A stretch of DNA of 64,000 nucleotides from Paramecium tetraurelia. Taxonomy: Eukaryota. Positions 1 to 12,162 of the stretch are shown here, piece after piece. The translations under genes were made by a program, and so were the position numbers. Each line of letters starts with the position of its first letter. Position 1 is the first letter of the stretch. The stretch is taken from contig CT868252.1 in NCBI GenBank assembly GCA_000165425.1, positions 1 through 64,000 on the forward strand. Reading direction: 5' to 3'. The notes under the pieces are model-generated. The model was not told where the DNA came from and made no database searches. It saw nothing but the letters and a program-made list of their open reading frames with translations.

Positions 1-3000
1 GAGTTGTATTTACAGCATTAAAGCAAGATAATACTTCATGAATGAACTATATATTAATAATAATAATTACCTTGAAGCATATTTTGAAAACTGCTAAAGT
101 TCCTGGATAATGGTTGAATATCTTATGTTTTCCTGATTCATAAATTTCATCTATACTATTTCACAATCTATTCTAGAATTTTATGGTGTTTGTTATTATT
201 TAATTTCAATTGAGACTAATTCAAAATAAATGAAGTAAGAAAATGCAATGAAAATACCATGAAACAGTAAAATTGGGTATTCATTTAATATTAGATTATT
301 ATCTTCAATTTTATTCTCATTTTGAGAATAAGAGATATTTTCTTATGAAACTGAATTATAGGGAGATTAAATTAAAAATATACTTCCTAATTGTTGGCAT
401 TTACAAGATATTTATACAGTTTTATTATCAATTTCTTCAGTTGATAATTCACATTTATAGAAATTTCCATCCTTATTGATATTAAAACAATCATATGAAT
501 AGAGTTTTTCTTAAGAAACTTGTTCTTAGCAATATGGAGTTTAAAGCATGTCCATTATATATTATCTAGGTGCAGATTGATAATCAATATAACGATCATT
601 ATAAAGATGATTCTTTAAAGTAGCTTTCTTCAAGGTCTTTTCATTTATTTCGAGAATAGTTAAATTAAAGAATTTTTGCAATTAGGATTATAACTTTTGA
701 GATAAATTTAAATAGTTGTAATTTAATTCTATTTGTTCTTTCTAAACAAAATCAATTAATCCATCTAATAAATCTCTTTCAATATTAAATTGTTTATTTA
801 TCATTTCTTTTGTATTTTTGGATAATTACCATATTAGAATTAGTCCATTATTACTTAATTGAAACCCATTAACCTTTGCTTGAATATTAAGATGCTTTGC
901 AATCTTTTCAATCAGACTTATTAATCCTTCTGCTACATTAATAATCTAATCTTTATCTTAATTGGAAGTAATAGTGGCTTTTGGGATTTTAAGGAAGATA
1001 TCATCAGTTAAATACAATATAGCTGATAAAGAGTTTATAATAGCTTATTTTTTTTAATACAATTTTTCATCCAAGAACACATCTTTTTGGAGAATTTATT
1101 CATTAAAATCTGCAAGCTTTTTTATCATTTTCTGAGTGATTGACATAATTTATTTTAGTTCTTCTAGCAAACTAGGTGGAGTGACAGTTAATGAAATATT
1201 AACATTTGTAATGTTGACATAAAAGGTTTTTGTGAAATTTTCAAAACAACTGTTTAAATTTTCATTTTATAATCTAGAAGAAGAGTACGAATCTTTATTT
1301 TGAATTATTCTTTTATACAATTTAATAGTTTGATATACTAACAATTGATCATCAATATTATCAGCTCTCAAATAGGTTTGTATATTTGTATATAACTAAT
1401 TAGACAAAGCAATACAATTTAATCGTCGTAATGATTCAATACAATTTCTAATAATAATGAAATTTAGAAATTTAAATTCTATTACTGAATTTTGTTCTAG
1501 GAACAATTGAGCACAGTCTTTGTTACATTTAGCTATTTTTCAATATTTAAGTAAGATCCTTTTGAATCCATTGCCTAAATTAGAAGAATGCCATCAGAGA
1601 ATGGAAGAGTGACTTATACAGTATAAGAACTTGAATAACTGCTCAAGATTAATGAATAATCAGTTGTTCTATTCAGAAAATCAATTAAATCTTATTTTTA
1701 AAGAAAATATCTCAATTGGTAAGTAAAAGGAGCTGATTCAGAAAAATGGCAAACTGTAATTACCTTTTAGGGTTTAAAAGCTTAAACTGTTTAGTCACTT
1801 AAACTGACTAAACATGTAGGAGGCTAATTAACATTTATTTATAAATCTTCTTGACTAGGTATTATTTCATTTGTAAATTAAGCCAAAAAGTTCAGATTTG
1901 TTTTATCTCCTTTTGTAAATTCCTAAAATTAGTCAAACATACGAAATTCTTATTAAAAGTATTCAGATAATAATATCTATACAAGTTTGAAGTTATAAAT
2001 AATAGCTACTTGATAATCGACAAGATACTGCCTATCTTCAAAAGGAATAGTAAAAGTGAACTCCAAATTTTCAAAGTTATTTATTGCCCTCATTAAATAC
2101 CCTTTACTATAAGTTACATTCAATAATTTAAAATCATTATCTAAATAGACAATATTTTATTTAAACATATCTGAGTATTAGTTTTTTGAAGCCACTACTG
2201 ACCAACTTTAAATAGTGTAAGGTTTGATAGTTTATTTGGGAATTACTTGGACACTTTCAGTTTTATTGATTTAGATTAATTTTTGATTTAAATTCTTACA
2301 AAGTGAATTCATAGTCAGGTCAGCACATTCAACATTTATTGAAATACCAGGATCCTCATTCCAGTCATATTGAGTATCAAAATCTTTACATGATATGTAT
2401 ATATGAGTTTCTTTTCTATAATTCTGAAACTTTTTAGTGCCTTAAAATTAACAAAGTATACCTCCAGAGGTAATGTCAATTGTAATGTTTCTTTTAATTG
2501 AAAAATTAAGTAAAGCATCAAGGGTTGTTTATTCGAAAGTGTATGCAGTTCTAGAAGTTAAGGTATAATTTAAAATAGTAACACTAAAACTGCTTTGATT
2601 TGTGATTTCTGAATAATTTACTCTTGATGATTTTGAATTGGAATCGTTTCTATAAACTTCCACTAAGGACATAGTATATTTAGAATGATCACCTTATGTT
2701 GCTACTGTCTATTCAGAACAACCCTTTTTATTAATTTTAAATTCCAAAACAATAGTTTCATAATTAAAATACATGGGTTTTGAAACCCCAAGAATGGTGG
2801 GAAATTGACCAGAATGGGTTTCCAATTTAATTTTTTGTATACTTTTTTAGGCAACAAAATTTTGAAAGTCTAAAAAGAATGTAATTTTGGACTGATTAGG
2901 CAGAGTTTAAAATGGGATAACTAATTCTAAAATCTATAATTTAGTTAATAAAGCAACAAAATTGTCAAGGTCACCATTTCAATTAGATCCATCTACCGAA

Positions 3001-5752
3001 TAGGTCCATTTTATTTCAATGAAATCTCTAAATCCATCATTCATTTTTAATTTCAAGGATATTGTATTATCATCGCAAGGATTTATAATTGAAGTTGGTA
3101 AATCATATAATATAATTGGAGAGACTGGGTTTAAGGGACTTTTAATATAATTGAAGATAAACACATTTAACTTTTTATCGCATTCTTGATGACCGAAATT
3201 GCTATTATAAAATATAATCTTATCCCCTGGAATGAATTTGGGCTAATATCCTACCTTCAAAATTAATTTTGTATCATCAACAGGGTCAATATAACAACTA
3301 GGATTCTTACCAAGTAATTAATATGTTTGATTTTCTAATATTACGAAGCAGACATTATCTGAAAATTGAGTAGTAAAATATTATGGATTCATTAATTGTT
3401 AGATAAGACTCTCAAAATTTTGCAAGAAGTGCAATTAGTAATTGAATTTTGGCATGTATAACAAGTAATATCACAAGTTTAGCATAAGCCGGCAATTTCA
3501 GTAGTTTCAGGCATGCATATGCAGTTTTTAGTTTTGGTATCTAGTATTCTCATTAATGATTAATCGCATTCAACACAATTTCTAAAACTGATCTTACAAT
3601 TTAAGCAATTTTGATCACATTTACTACATTTACCCAAATCATTAACAAAATAGCCTGTAATGCATGGACAATTATTTCCATCTAAATGTCAAGTAACTTC
3701 GCAAGATGTACAATAATCAGCATTGTTTTAACAAGTCAAACATTAACTCTAGCATTGATGACAATGAGGAGAAATTCCATCATCATAATATCCAGGTAAA
3801 CATTGACATATTCCTTAATTAAATACTCTGAAGGAAGTTGACATTTCTATGCAAGATTGACAAAATTTATATCCAGAGGAATTACAAGTAAAACAAGAAT
3901 AATGACATTTTGCACAAGTTTCCTCTCCAGCATCATAATAAGAATCCAAACAATTACAAGCTAGCATCTATAAATTTTATAATCTATTAGATGTAGATGA
4001 ACATGAAATACATTTTGTAAAAGCAGAGCTGCATTAAAAACAAGAATAGTGACATTCTATTAATGATAGTAATCTAAATTACTTTAGCATTTAGAATTAG
4101 ATCCGTTATCAAAATATCCCTCTTAACATAGACATTTCTAGTTGATAAGGATTCTAAAAGAGTTTTGATAACAAGATAGACATGTAGTCTCTACTCCTGC
4201 GCAAGTTTCACACCTATAATTGCATTCTAATATTTAGAACTAAAATCATACATTAACACTTTGGCTTGCCAATATTAAAATAATGAGGAGAACAAGGACA
4301 ACTAGAATTTGATAAAACCCTCTTCTCACTAGCCAAGCATTGTGTACATTGATTAGATTTAGGCCCATTACAATTTAAGCAAGAATAATGGCAACCTATG
4401 TTAAATTAATATGATATAACTTTGACAGCGAACTCTGCCTAAAATTTAATAACTACTAATGGTAACTCCGTTTGACTTAGTTTTGCAAATACAAACATTT
4501 CCTTATAAGTATCTATCTGTTTTACAAGATAGGCAATTATCAGCAGTAGCTGTACAATCCAAGCAATACGCACTGCATGCTAACGATTATTTTGACCTAT
4601 ACCTGTACATTCAGGCCTTCCGGCATCATAGTATTTACTCATGCAAGAACAGGATCCTGAAGGATCCAATTTTCTCATAATTTAAGTATAACAGGATGTG
4701 CATTAATTTGATTTATCACCATTACACTTTTAGCAAGAGCTATGGCAAACTACTTTGAATCATATATATACCTAAGCAGATTGGATTGCCAGGTTGATCA
4801 TATGTTTTGGCTGGGCAAGAACAAGAATTTTTATTTCCTAGATCCCTAAGAGAGAGAAGTGGACAAGATGTACAATTCTAAATTGTGCCACTGCAATTTG
4901 CACAACGATATGAGCAACCTGTGGTTTACTATAATTATTACTTTAACACATCGGGTCACCGATTGCTTTTTCAATATATGTATATTGACAGACACACCTA
5001 TTAGTCTTAAATTCTCTATTATTACTAGAGGCACATGTTAGATAATTATTTAGAGCTGGACCAAAGCAGGTCATGCATGTATAATGGCAGGCTATAAAAA
5101 AAAAAAAGTACGGGAACATTTTCCTAATTCACAGAAAGGTGTTGTATTTTAGAAGGAGATGAATAAGATGATTAAAAACTACGCCAAATGAATATTATTC
5201 TAAATTCTGTATAAAATATAAGAGTCATGGATTTTTATTTCAAAAATAAGAGAAGTTGAAGTGCAACTTGTTATAATCTTGAACATGAATATTTGAATAA
5301 ATAAATTCTATCTAAATGTTCCTTTAATATCACTTGTAGGAAGAATCTGACTATAAATTGAAAATATGCCTTTAATTTAATTTTTGTATGAGAAATCAAC
5401 TACTTCTAGTAGTTAGATTGGAATATTTAGGAGAATATCGGCTAATAACTCTGTGATGAATTATTTGAAATGGATGATGAAAGTTTGAGTTTATTTTATA
5501 TAGATAAAGTCAATTCAAAATAATATTCCTTGCATATTGAAAAATGTTGTTAGTTAGGCACTCTTTTTTATGACCAAATATCTCTTACAAATATATAGGG
5601 TCTGGTTATAGAATTTTCAAACTTTTGTTGAATTTGCCTGAAAATAATTTTAAATTTGCTTTTTTCTCATAAAGAATAAACACATCATATCATTTTTTTG
5701 TCTTCTCTATAATTTGCAAAAAAAATTACAAAATAATAAAATACTCAATCAT
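1..5752 (-). pseudogene. Giant furin-like Cys-rich repeat / REJ / GPS-like membrane receptor gene, disrupted; 3' end runs off the window
   Basis: Code-6 translation gives CxxxCxxC repeats (~3430-5090), a REJ-like region (ISCKDFDTQYDWNEDPG), a GPS-like SCKCQQLG (~400) and a TM segment (~230-280). Lesions: in-frame TGA at 3689-3691 (CEVT*HLDGNNCPC), frameshifts near 4980, 1420 and 140, and a badly decayed 5' region 5110-5752 (start approximate). Confidence 0.8.
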
Positions 5753-6866
5753 TATGAAATATTTTATAAATTTATTTTCAAAATGAAAAAAAAGTAATTT
5801 TTTTTTATGAATAAACCATGATTAAATTGTAAATTAAACCTCAAAAATAAATTAGAATTAATCAATGATAACTTTTAAGTTGATTTTTGTTACGTTATCC
5901 ATTACTTTAGCGATTTTTCTCAGACTTCAATTATTCTTGGGGAGCTTGCTTACTTTTGATTTTCCTTTCCTGTTCTCATAATCAATACCCACCTCAAAGG
6001 CCTCTTTTATTTAATCTATTAAATTTCTCTGTAACCCGATGTAGATAAAGTTCTCAATCCATCTTAAGATATATACATTTTTACAAATGATTACTATGGA
6101 GTTAAAAACGTTTGGTATTAACTTAGATAATCAATGATATATAGCCTCCTACTAGTGACAACCTAGAGTTTTTTAAATATTGTCAGATCAGAATTATTCT
6201 CTTTATGATTTACAAATCATCCTCCAAATTCGATAACATTTTAATATTTCTGCAATTATTTCATATAATATTTATTGGAATGCAGAACACAATTATTCGA
6301 TAATTATTGTAGTTGACTCTAAAGTAAAAGAAAATCGTTATGTGTGTTGAAGTTTACAAAAATTACTTTTATTATCTATTCTAATAATTATTATTCATTT
6401 CCCTTTTCAATAAATCAGTTATTTGTTCATTTTAAACTCTTAGTTTTTCGTTAAATTTGAATATCATTAATCTAGTGCTAGGTAGACATCATTTTAAGTT
6501 CAAATTCCTTATTTTTGGGCAGAATAATTTGTGCAAATGAAGTATAAAAAGATCTGTTCCAGCAAATTTCAACCAAATTGAATTAAACTTAAAATCTTTC
6601 TAATTATAGCCCACACATTTGATAATGACTTGTTGTCATAAATTTTGTGATTTGCAATAGTTGTTTTAATTTAACGTTCTCATTAAAGTAGCTGAATAAT
6701 TACAGCTATTTATTTTTGTCTGTGCTTAAAATTGAGATGTATAGAGCTCCAAGGAATTAATTTTTATGAATGAGCATTCTTCATCATCATAAAATTTAAT
6801 GAAAAAATATTCTTTTTTATTGTATTTAATTTTATAACTACTGAACATAATGTTACAATTGATGAA

Positions 6867-7758
6867 TCAAATATTTTTATTTTCATGATTTACTAGTGTA
6901 GTAATAGCTTTTACAAAGGCTATGAGGCTATCAAATTCCTTCCCTAGAATAGAATTATCTAGTTCTAATTATTGTAAGACAGAGCTTTGTTCTCTTCCTT
7001 GTACGGCTAAGCAAAGTTGATCTAAAGCTTATTTGAATTATGGACTTAAGAGATTTTCTCTAAAATATTGCATGCTTTGTTGATCAACTGGTAAATATCT
7101 AAGCTAACATTCTTTAATGTTCTTTCAAAGCTTCAAATAATCCTAGTCTTATATCACAGTAAAACGGAATTCACTAGTCAATATATTGCTTAATTATAGG
7201 CCTTAATTTGTATGTCTATATATATTGCTACTAAAATAATTCTAATAACTATTATTAATTAATATTAATTAAAGGATATCTTTATTAGGATTCTAAATAA
7301 TTATTTTATGTAACAACAAATTCTGGCTGCTATTAATTTATTGAAGAATATGCCTCAAATTATATTAGATTGCCAATGATTTATGAATCAAGAACCATCT
7401 TGAACTAATGTATGAACGTTTCATCCTCACTAACATCATTATTCTTTTTAGAATATATTTTAGATTACTTGCATCCAAAAAAAATATTTTGAATCTTCAT
7501 CTGTGATCTTCAGTAAATAAACTCTATGCTATCCCTTAACTTTCTCAAAATTGTAGTTCCTTTAAAGATAGCTCTTTCCCAAGTATTGTTTATTTAATTA
7601 CAAATTCTAATCTACTATTTTGATCCAAATTATACCACTTGAGCCATAATTCATTTTCATCATTCAAATTTAAGTTTAACAATCCTTTGGTTTTTTGCAT
7701 TACTACTGTTTTAGTTTCCTGATTAAATTCCACAAGGAATACTCATTTCCTAATTCAT
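6867..7758 (-). pseudogene. RPN13: Proteasome ubiquitin receptor RPN13/ADRM1 pseudogene
   Basis: Pru-domain-like segment RVYLLKITDEDSKYFFWMQ (~7470-7530) and C-terminal DEUBAD-like LPVDQQSMQYFRENLLSPQFKQALDQLC...LIAFVKAI. Several frameshifts; one intron acceptor reads ...TTGG instead of TAG. Confidence 0.75.
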
Positions 7759-8902
7759 AATTGATTATAATATTTTAATCTAAATTGTTTTTATGATAAG
7801 AATGATAATTTTATATGAAATAATATCTATTAATAATAGGACAGATGATGAAACAATAATCAGAATAAAATAATACCATCATGAATTTTTGTGATTTTGA
7901 ATTCTCAAAATACAAAGAGTATCAAGATAGTTTAGATTATTTTAAATCTTTATTCTGAATCTTCTTGTTTTAATTCTATACGAATTATCAGATTCAATTC
8001 AAAAATCTCTTTATTATCCTATGTATTAAAGTGTTTATTAAATAATCACTGTAGTTAAACTGTGATTGCTTTTTTTTCATATTTTAATTTGTTCTGACTA
8101 AATTACAATTATTTCTTATTTCCTTTAGCATTGCTATCTAAACTTGATATTTTTTTAGAAACATTAAATATATAGGCTAATTAAATCGCAGAGATTACAG
8201 TTATTCTCAAGTGCGATCATTTATATTTCAATATTTTAAATTAATTATTATAATTATCACAGAATTAAGAAAATAACTAAATATTATTAATAACTCTATT
8301 GGTTTACCAGAGTTATTTTATTTAAGAAAATAGTAGCAGATAATTGCATACCCTCCTAAATTTTTTTAATTAAATCAATTAAATTCCAAAATTAAATTAA
8401 ATACAAAATTTGATAATTAATTAATTGATAATCAATTTTTATTCTTAAGAAAAATCTATCGTTTTACTACTAATGTTGTCTGCCTTCGTGTTTAATAATT
8501 AATTTGCTGATTATTTTAGTCCAGATTGATTAAATAAATTTTTTTTAATTTCTTGAAAACAACACTCCAACCTATATTAAATGTCAAGTACATTTTTTGT
8601 TATTGTGAAATTCTTATAGATGAGATTATATAGCATAATTTACAAATTAAGCAAATCTCACCATTATCATATTGTCATAATTAGTCATTGATTGGAATTA
8701 GCCAAAGCAATTATCGCCATATTGAGGTTAACTTTCACTGCATAATTTAGATAGACTTGCACAGTCTTGATTGAACTTATTATAACATAAGACGGTTGTT
8801 CAGATCTGATCGGTATTGATTGCTAGTTTTCAATATCTATTTTTAGAATAAATAATTAAAAAGGCAAATCACATATCAGATATTTTATTAATTAATATAT
8901 TA

Positions 8903-10574
8903 ATGATTAGGGTTTAACTGCTGCTAATTTTAGTAGGAATTATTATTGGATAGGTATAATTTAACATAATAGCTAGGCCAAAGAGTATTAATTACCACTT
9001 AAATTAAATATGACAGATGTAGGATGTGATTACATCGAACATTTTGAATTTACTCTGGCCGATAATACAGCCTAAGTGATTGGTTAGTTTAATTCTACAG
9101 GAGGATTTTATTAAGTATTGAATTGTATTATCGATTTAGCTAAGTGGCTTCAAAGATTATTAAGGTGTAGTGGATAACAAATTACATGCTTGTGATATAC
9201 ATTACACAACTTGGTAATATTCAATCAAACAAATGAGATTATACAGAAAGGCTCAAAACTTAATAATTGTTGAATAGGATGCATAATTGTAGAGTGCATA
9301 GAGTTAGGAACTGGAACTTTAATTAATATTTGAACAGACTCAATATGATTTGTAATCGAACTAAGAACTTGCTGATAGAAAAACAGCTATTGTTTCAGTG
9401 TTCTTTACTACTGGTTACTCAGGAATATAATCTCATTTACCTGATGGAATAGATATGCTTCTTCCATTTACATAAATTGTATATTGATTTTATTGATTTT
9501 AGAATCGTAAAAAGCCAACTTAATAATTTAATGTGGATTTAAATCCAGATCGATAATTGGATGCCATATAAAGATATTTCTTTTAGTATATGACTTTTGT
9601 TGGTAAGGACGGAGATAAACTGTAAAACATGTACTTTAACAGAAAAAAATTTTACATTCCTTAATCATTTGTAGATACATTCTTTGGTACCTCACAAGAA
9701 TACTAAACTATCCCAAATTCAAATCCAACCGCTGTCTCATAAGATGAAATGGATGAAGAGATGGTAAAGATATGTTATGGAACTTTGGAAGAAACTGTTT
9801 TAAGATAGAATTACGCTGTTTGGCTTTGGATTGTCGGATTATTAGTGTGGTGGATTGTTATGGTTTGCACTGAAAACGATACAGAATCAGTATTTTTGGA
9901 AGAATACAAAGATAACAGATTAACTATGATTCCTTTGTACAGTATGTACAAATTAAACAATGATATATTCTTCTCAAAATTATCAAGGTAATCTCATTAT
10001 TTGTTATACTTTGCTTGGGAAATTCTAATAATTTCTATATTATATGGATAATTCCATGAAGATAGAACTTACGAAGTTGGAGATGCAATTATTCTTTGGT
10101 ATGGAATTGTAGCAATAGTACTCGCTTGGCCAGTGGGCTACTTTTTTGGATGGATCGTTTTTACTGCTAGGGAGTAACACAAAGAAAAAATTAAATTGGA
10201 GATAGATTATAAACAAATTACTGTATCAATATTATTTATTAATTTAGAGCAAATAATCTCCAGAAGCTGAAAAATTACATGCAGCCATATTAGATGAAGA
10301 GAATAGAATGTACACAACTTGGTATGTGTATTATGGATTTATGTTTCTGGCATTGTGGGCTTGCGTCCTAATAAGCATATGGATGATGAAGTTTGTAGAT
10401 GCAGACACTTCAGCTTATTGGGTGGCCACAATATTTGTTATGATCTTCATGGATCAAATTGTGTTGGATTCAATTGTTCCTTTTCTACCATTGATTGGGG
10501 CTGTTCAAAAATATAGAGGATATTGGTATGACGCAGAATTGGCAAGTTTATGGAAACATCGTGAAGAATTATGA
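8903..10574 (+). CDS. Signal peptide + degenerate alpha-carbonic-anhydrase-like ectodomain + ~5-TM polycystin-like membrane domain
   Basis: MIRVQLLLILVGIIIGQ signal peptide; open under code 6 after removing four 23-25 nt GT-AG introns (first 8954-8976); hydrophobic helices between ~9810 and 10510; ends TGA 10572-10574. Confidence 0.8.
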
Positions 10575-11199
10575 TTTTACAATAAAACATAACATCATTC
10601 CATTTCATTTCCATTCTTTGTTCATAATGCAATAATTTACAGGTTACTTAGTTAAACAGTTTCGACTTTTCTCTTATGTCCAGCAGGATTTAATACAATA
10701 TAAGCTGTTAAGACATTATATGTATATAATATCAAGCATATCTAAATGTTCTTCCAAATCTTTCCTTTTAATTCGAGCTACCATCAAATTCTCAGATTAA
10801 TACGAAAAGAAACTGATTAATAAAAAATGAAACTTAAAATTCGATGATGGAATATACTTCTTCTCAAAGGTTTTAATTACACATTCACAGTTCAATTTCT
10901 ATTTAAAAAAAGAACAATGTAATAAGGAACACTTGTCGTTTGTAATTGCACAGCAAAATTCAGAGTTGTGAATGAATTTAATTCAATTGATTAATTCCCC
11001 TTTAAATTTGCAAATTGATAACCGATCAATAAAATATTCCTATAAGATTAAAAGTAGACTTAGTTTAACACAAATTTCGTAGGATAATTTAATATCAATT
11101 TGTTGTATAAATAGGTTTAGCATTATTTCTAGGATTAAAAATGAAAGAGATTGAATAAAAGCAAATATATATAACAAAATTTGATTTAATAATATAAAA

Positions 11200-12144
11200 A
11201 TGATGAATACGATAAATCAATCATCTGCATATCTGCATACATTAATATATGTTTCTTCTTACATTATTAGCAAATCGATTTATAGACTGTATAAAGAGAG
11301 TATTAACCAATTATTAAACTAGGATAATTTGGTGAAAGTAGTTCAAACTAAAAGAGAGGTCGATACTAAAGAAAAAGAATCAAGATTCTTTTGTTAGGAT
11401 TTCCAACATTCTTATGCTTAATTCACAGTTACACAACAATGTATCAATCGTACAAGCTTGATTTTAAAACCCTTATTTAATGGAATAACAATTCCAAAGT
11501 TTGTATGGGAATTGCAATTTCATTTTACATGAGTTTTGTATTATATGGTGGACCTATTTACCATGAATTTTGGGTATCTCTATTTGATTCAAATTAGAAC
11601 GGCAACTTAAAAAAGAAATTGGGCAAACTTTAATTCAATAAGTTTAGATGGGACTACTTTTCTAAAATAGTTGTGGTAATATAAACGATAAAATTTAGAC
11701 TCCATTAATTGAAGAATTAATTTTTAGAGGATTTACGAATAATTCTTTCAATCCAGAGTACAAGAATAATCATTTTTATATGATATATTCAACTTTTCTT
11801 TATTTACTAGGTATATTAATAATATTATTAAAGTTCGTTTAATATTATTTGAGCCCAAATAATTGTCTGCAAATAAATGGAATTACGTTAAACAGATTGC
11901 AAAGTCCTTATCACTTGGAGTGTATCTGTCCTACGTTCTAGTTTAAACCGAAACATTGATAGCAGTTGTTATTAATCACGGCTGCATCAACTTTATGGGA
12001 TCACCTAACATACAAGATTTACTAAAAGGCAATTATTCTCGCGAGTTGAGATTCAGTAATATTTTAGTTCTTATTGTAGAAATAATGAGGTTTTATTTCT
12101 TAGGATTTTTGGCTTTTCTCATTTTTTGTTTACTAGTATTATGA
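11200..12144 (+). CDS. RCE1: CAAX prenyl protease 2 (RCE1/Abi family)-like membrane protein
   Basis: TPLIEELIFRG (EExxxR) and NHGCINFMGSP (HxxxN) motifs, several TM segments, 4-5 tiny introns. Confidence 0.75.
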
Positions 12145-12162
12145 ATTAAATTTATATGTAAA

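Noticed and set aside
130..1430. Euplotes-style programmed frameshifting at the A-run frameshifts of the REJ gene
   Set aside because: TAA is Gln here, the same gene also has a nonsense codon and a decayed 5' end, and the other long genes need no frameshifts.
3689..3691. In-frame TGA as selenocysteine or readthrough
   Set aside because: The position corresponds to the Arg seen in sibling repeats, not a Cys, and the gene has other lesions.
7090..7120. Possible retained TA-bounded IES in the RPN13 pseudogene
   Set aside because: TA-to-TA excision would remove 23 nt, below the usual Paramecium minimum, and does not restore the expected frame; no convincing IES was seen anywhere in the window.
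10600..11125. Small minus-strand gene between the TM gene and RCE1
   Set aside because: TGA stops interrupt the plausible frames and no family is recognisable; at best a remnant.
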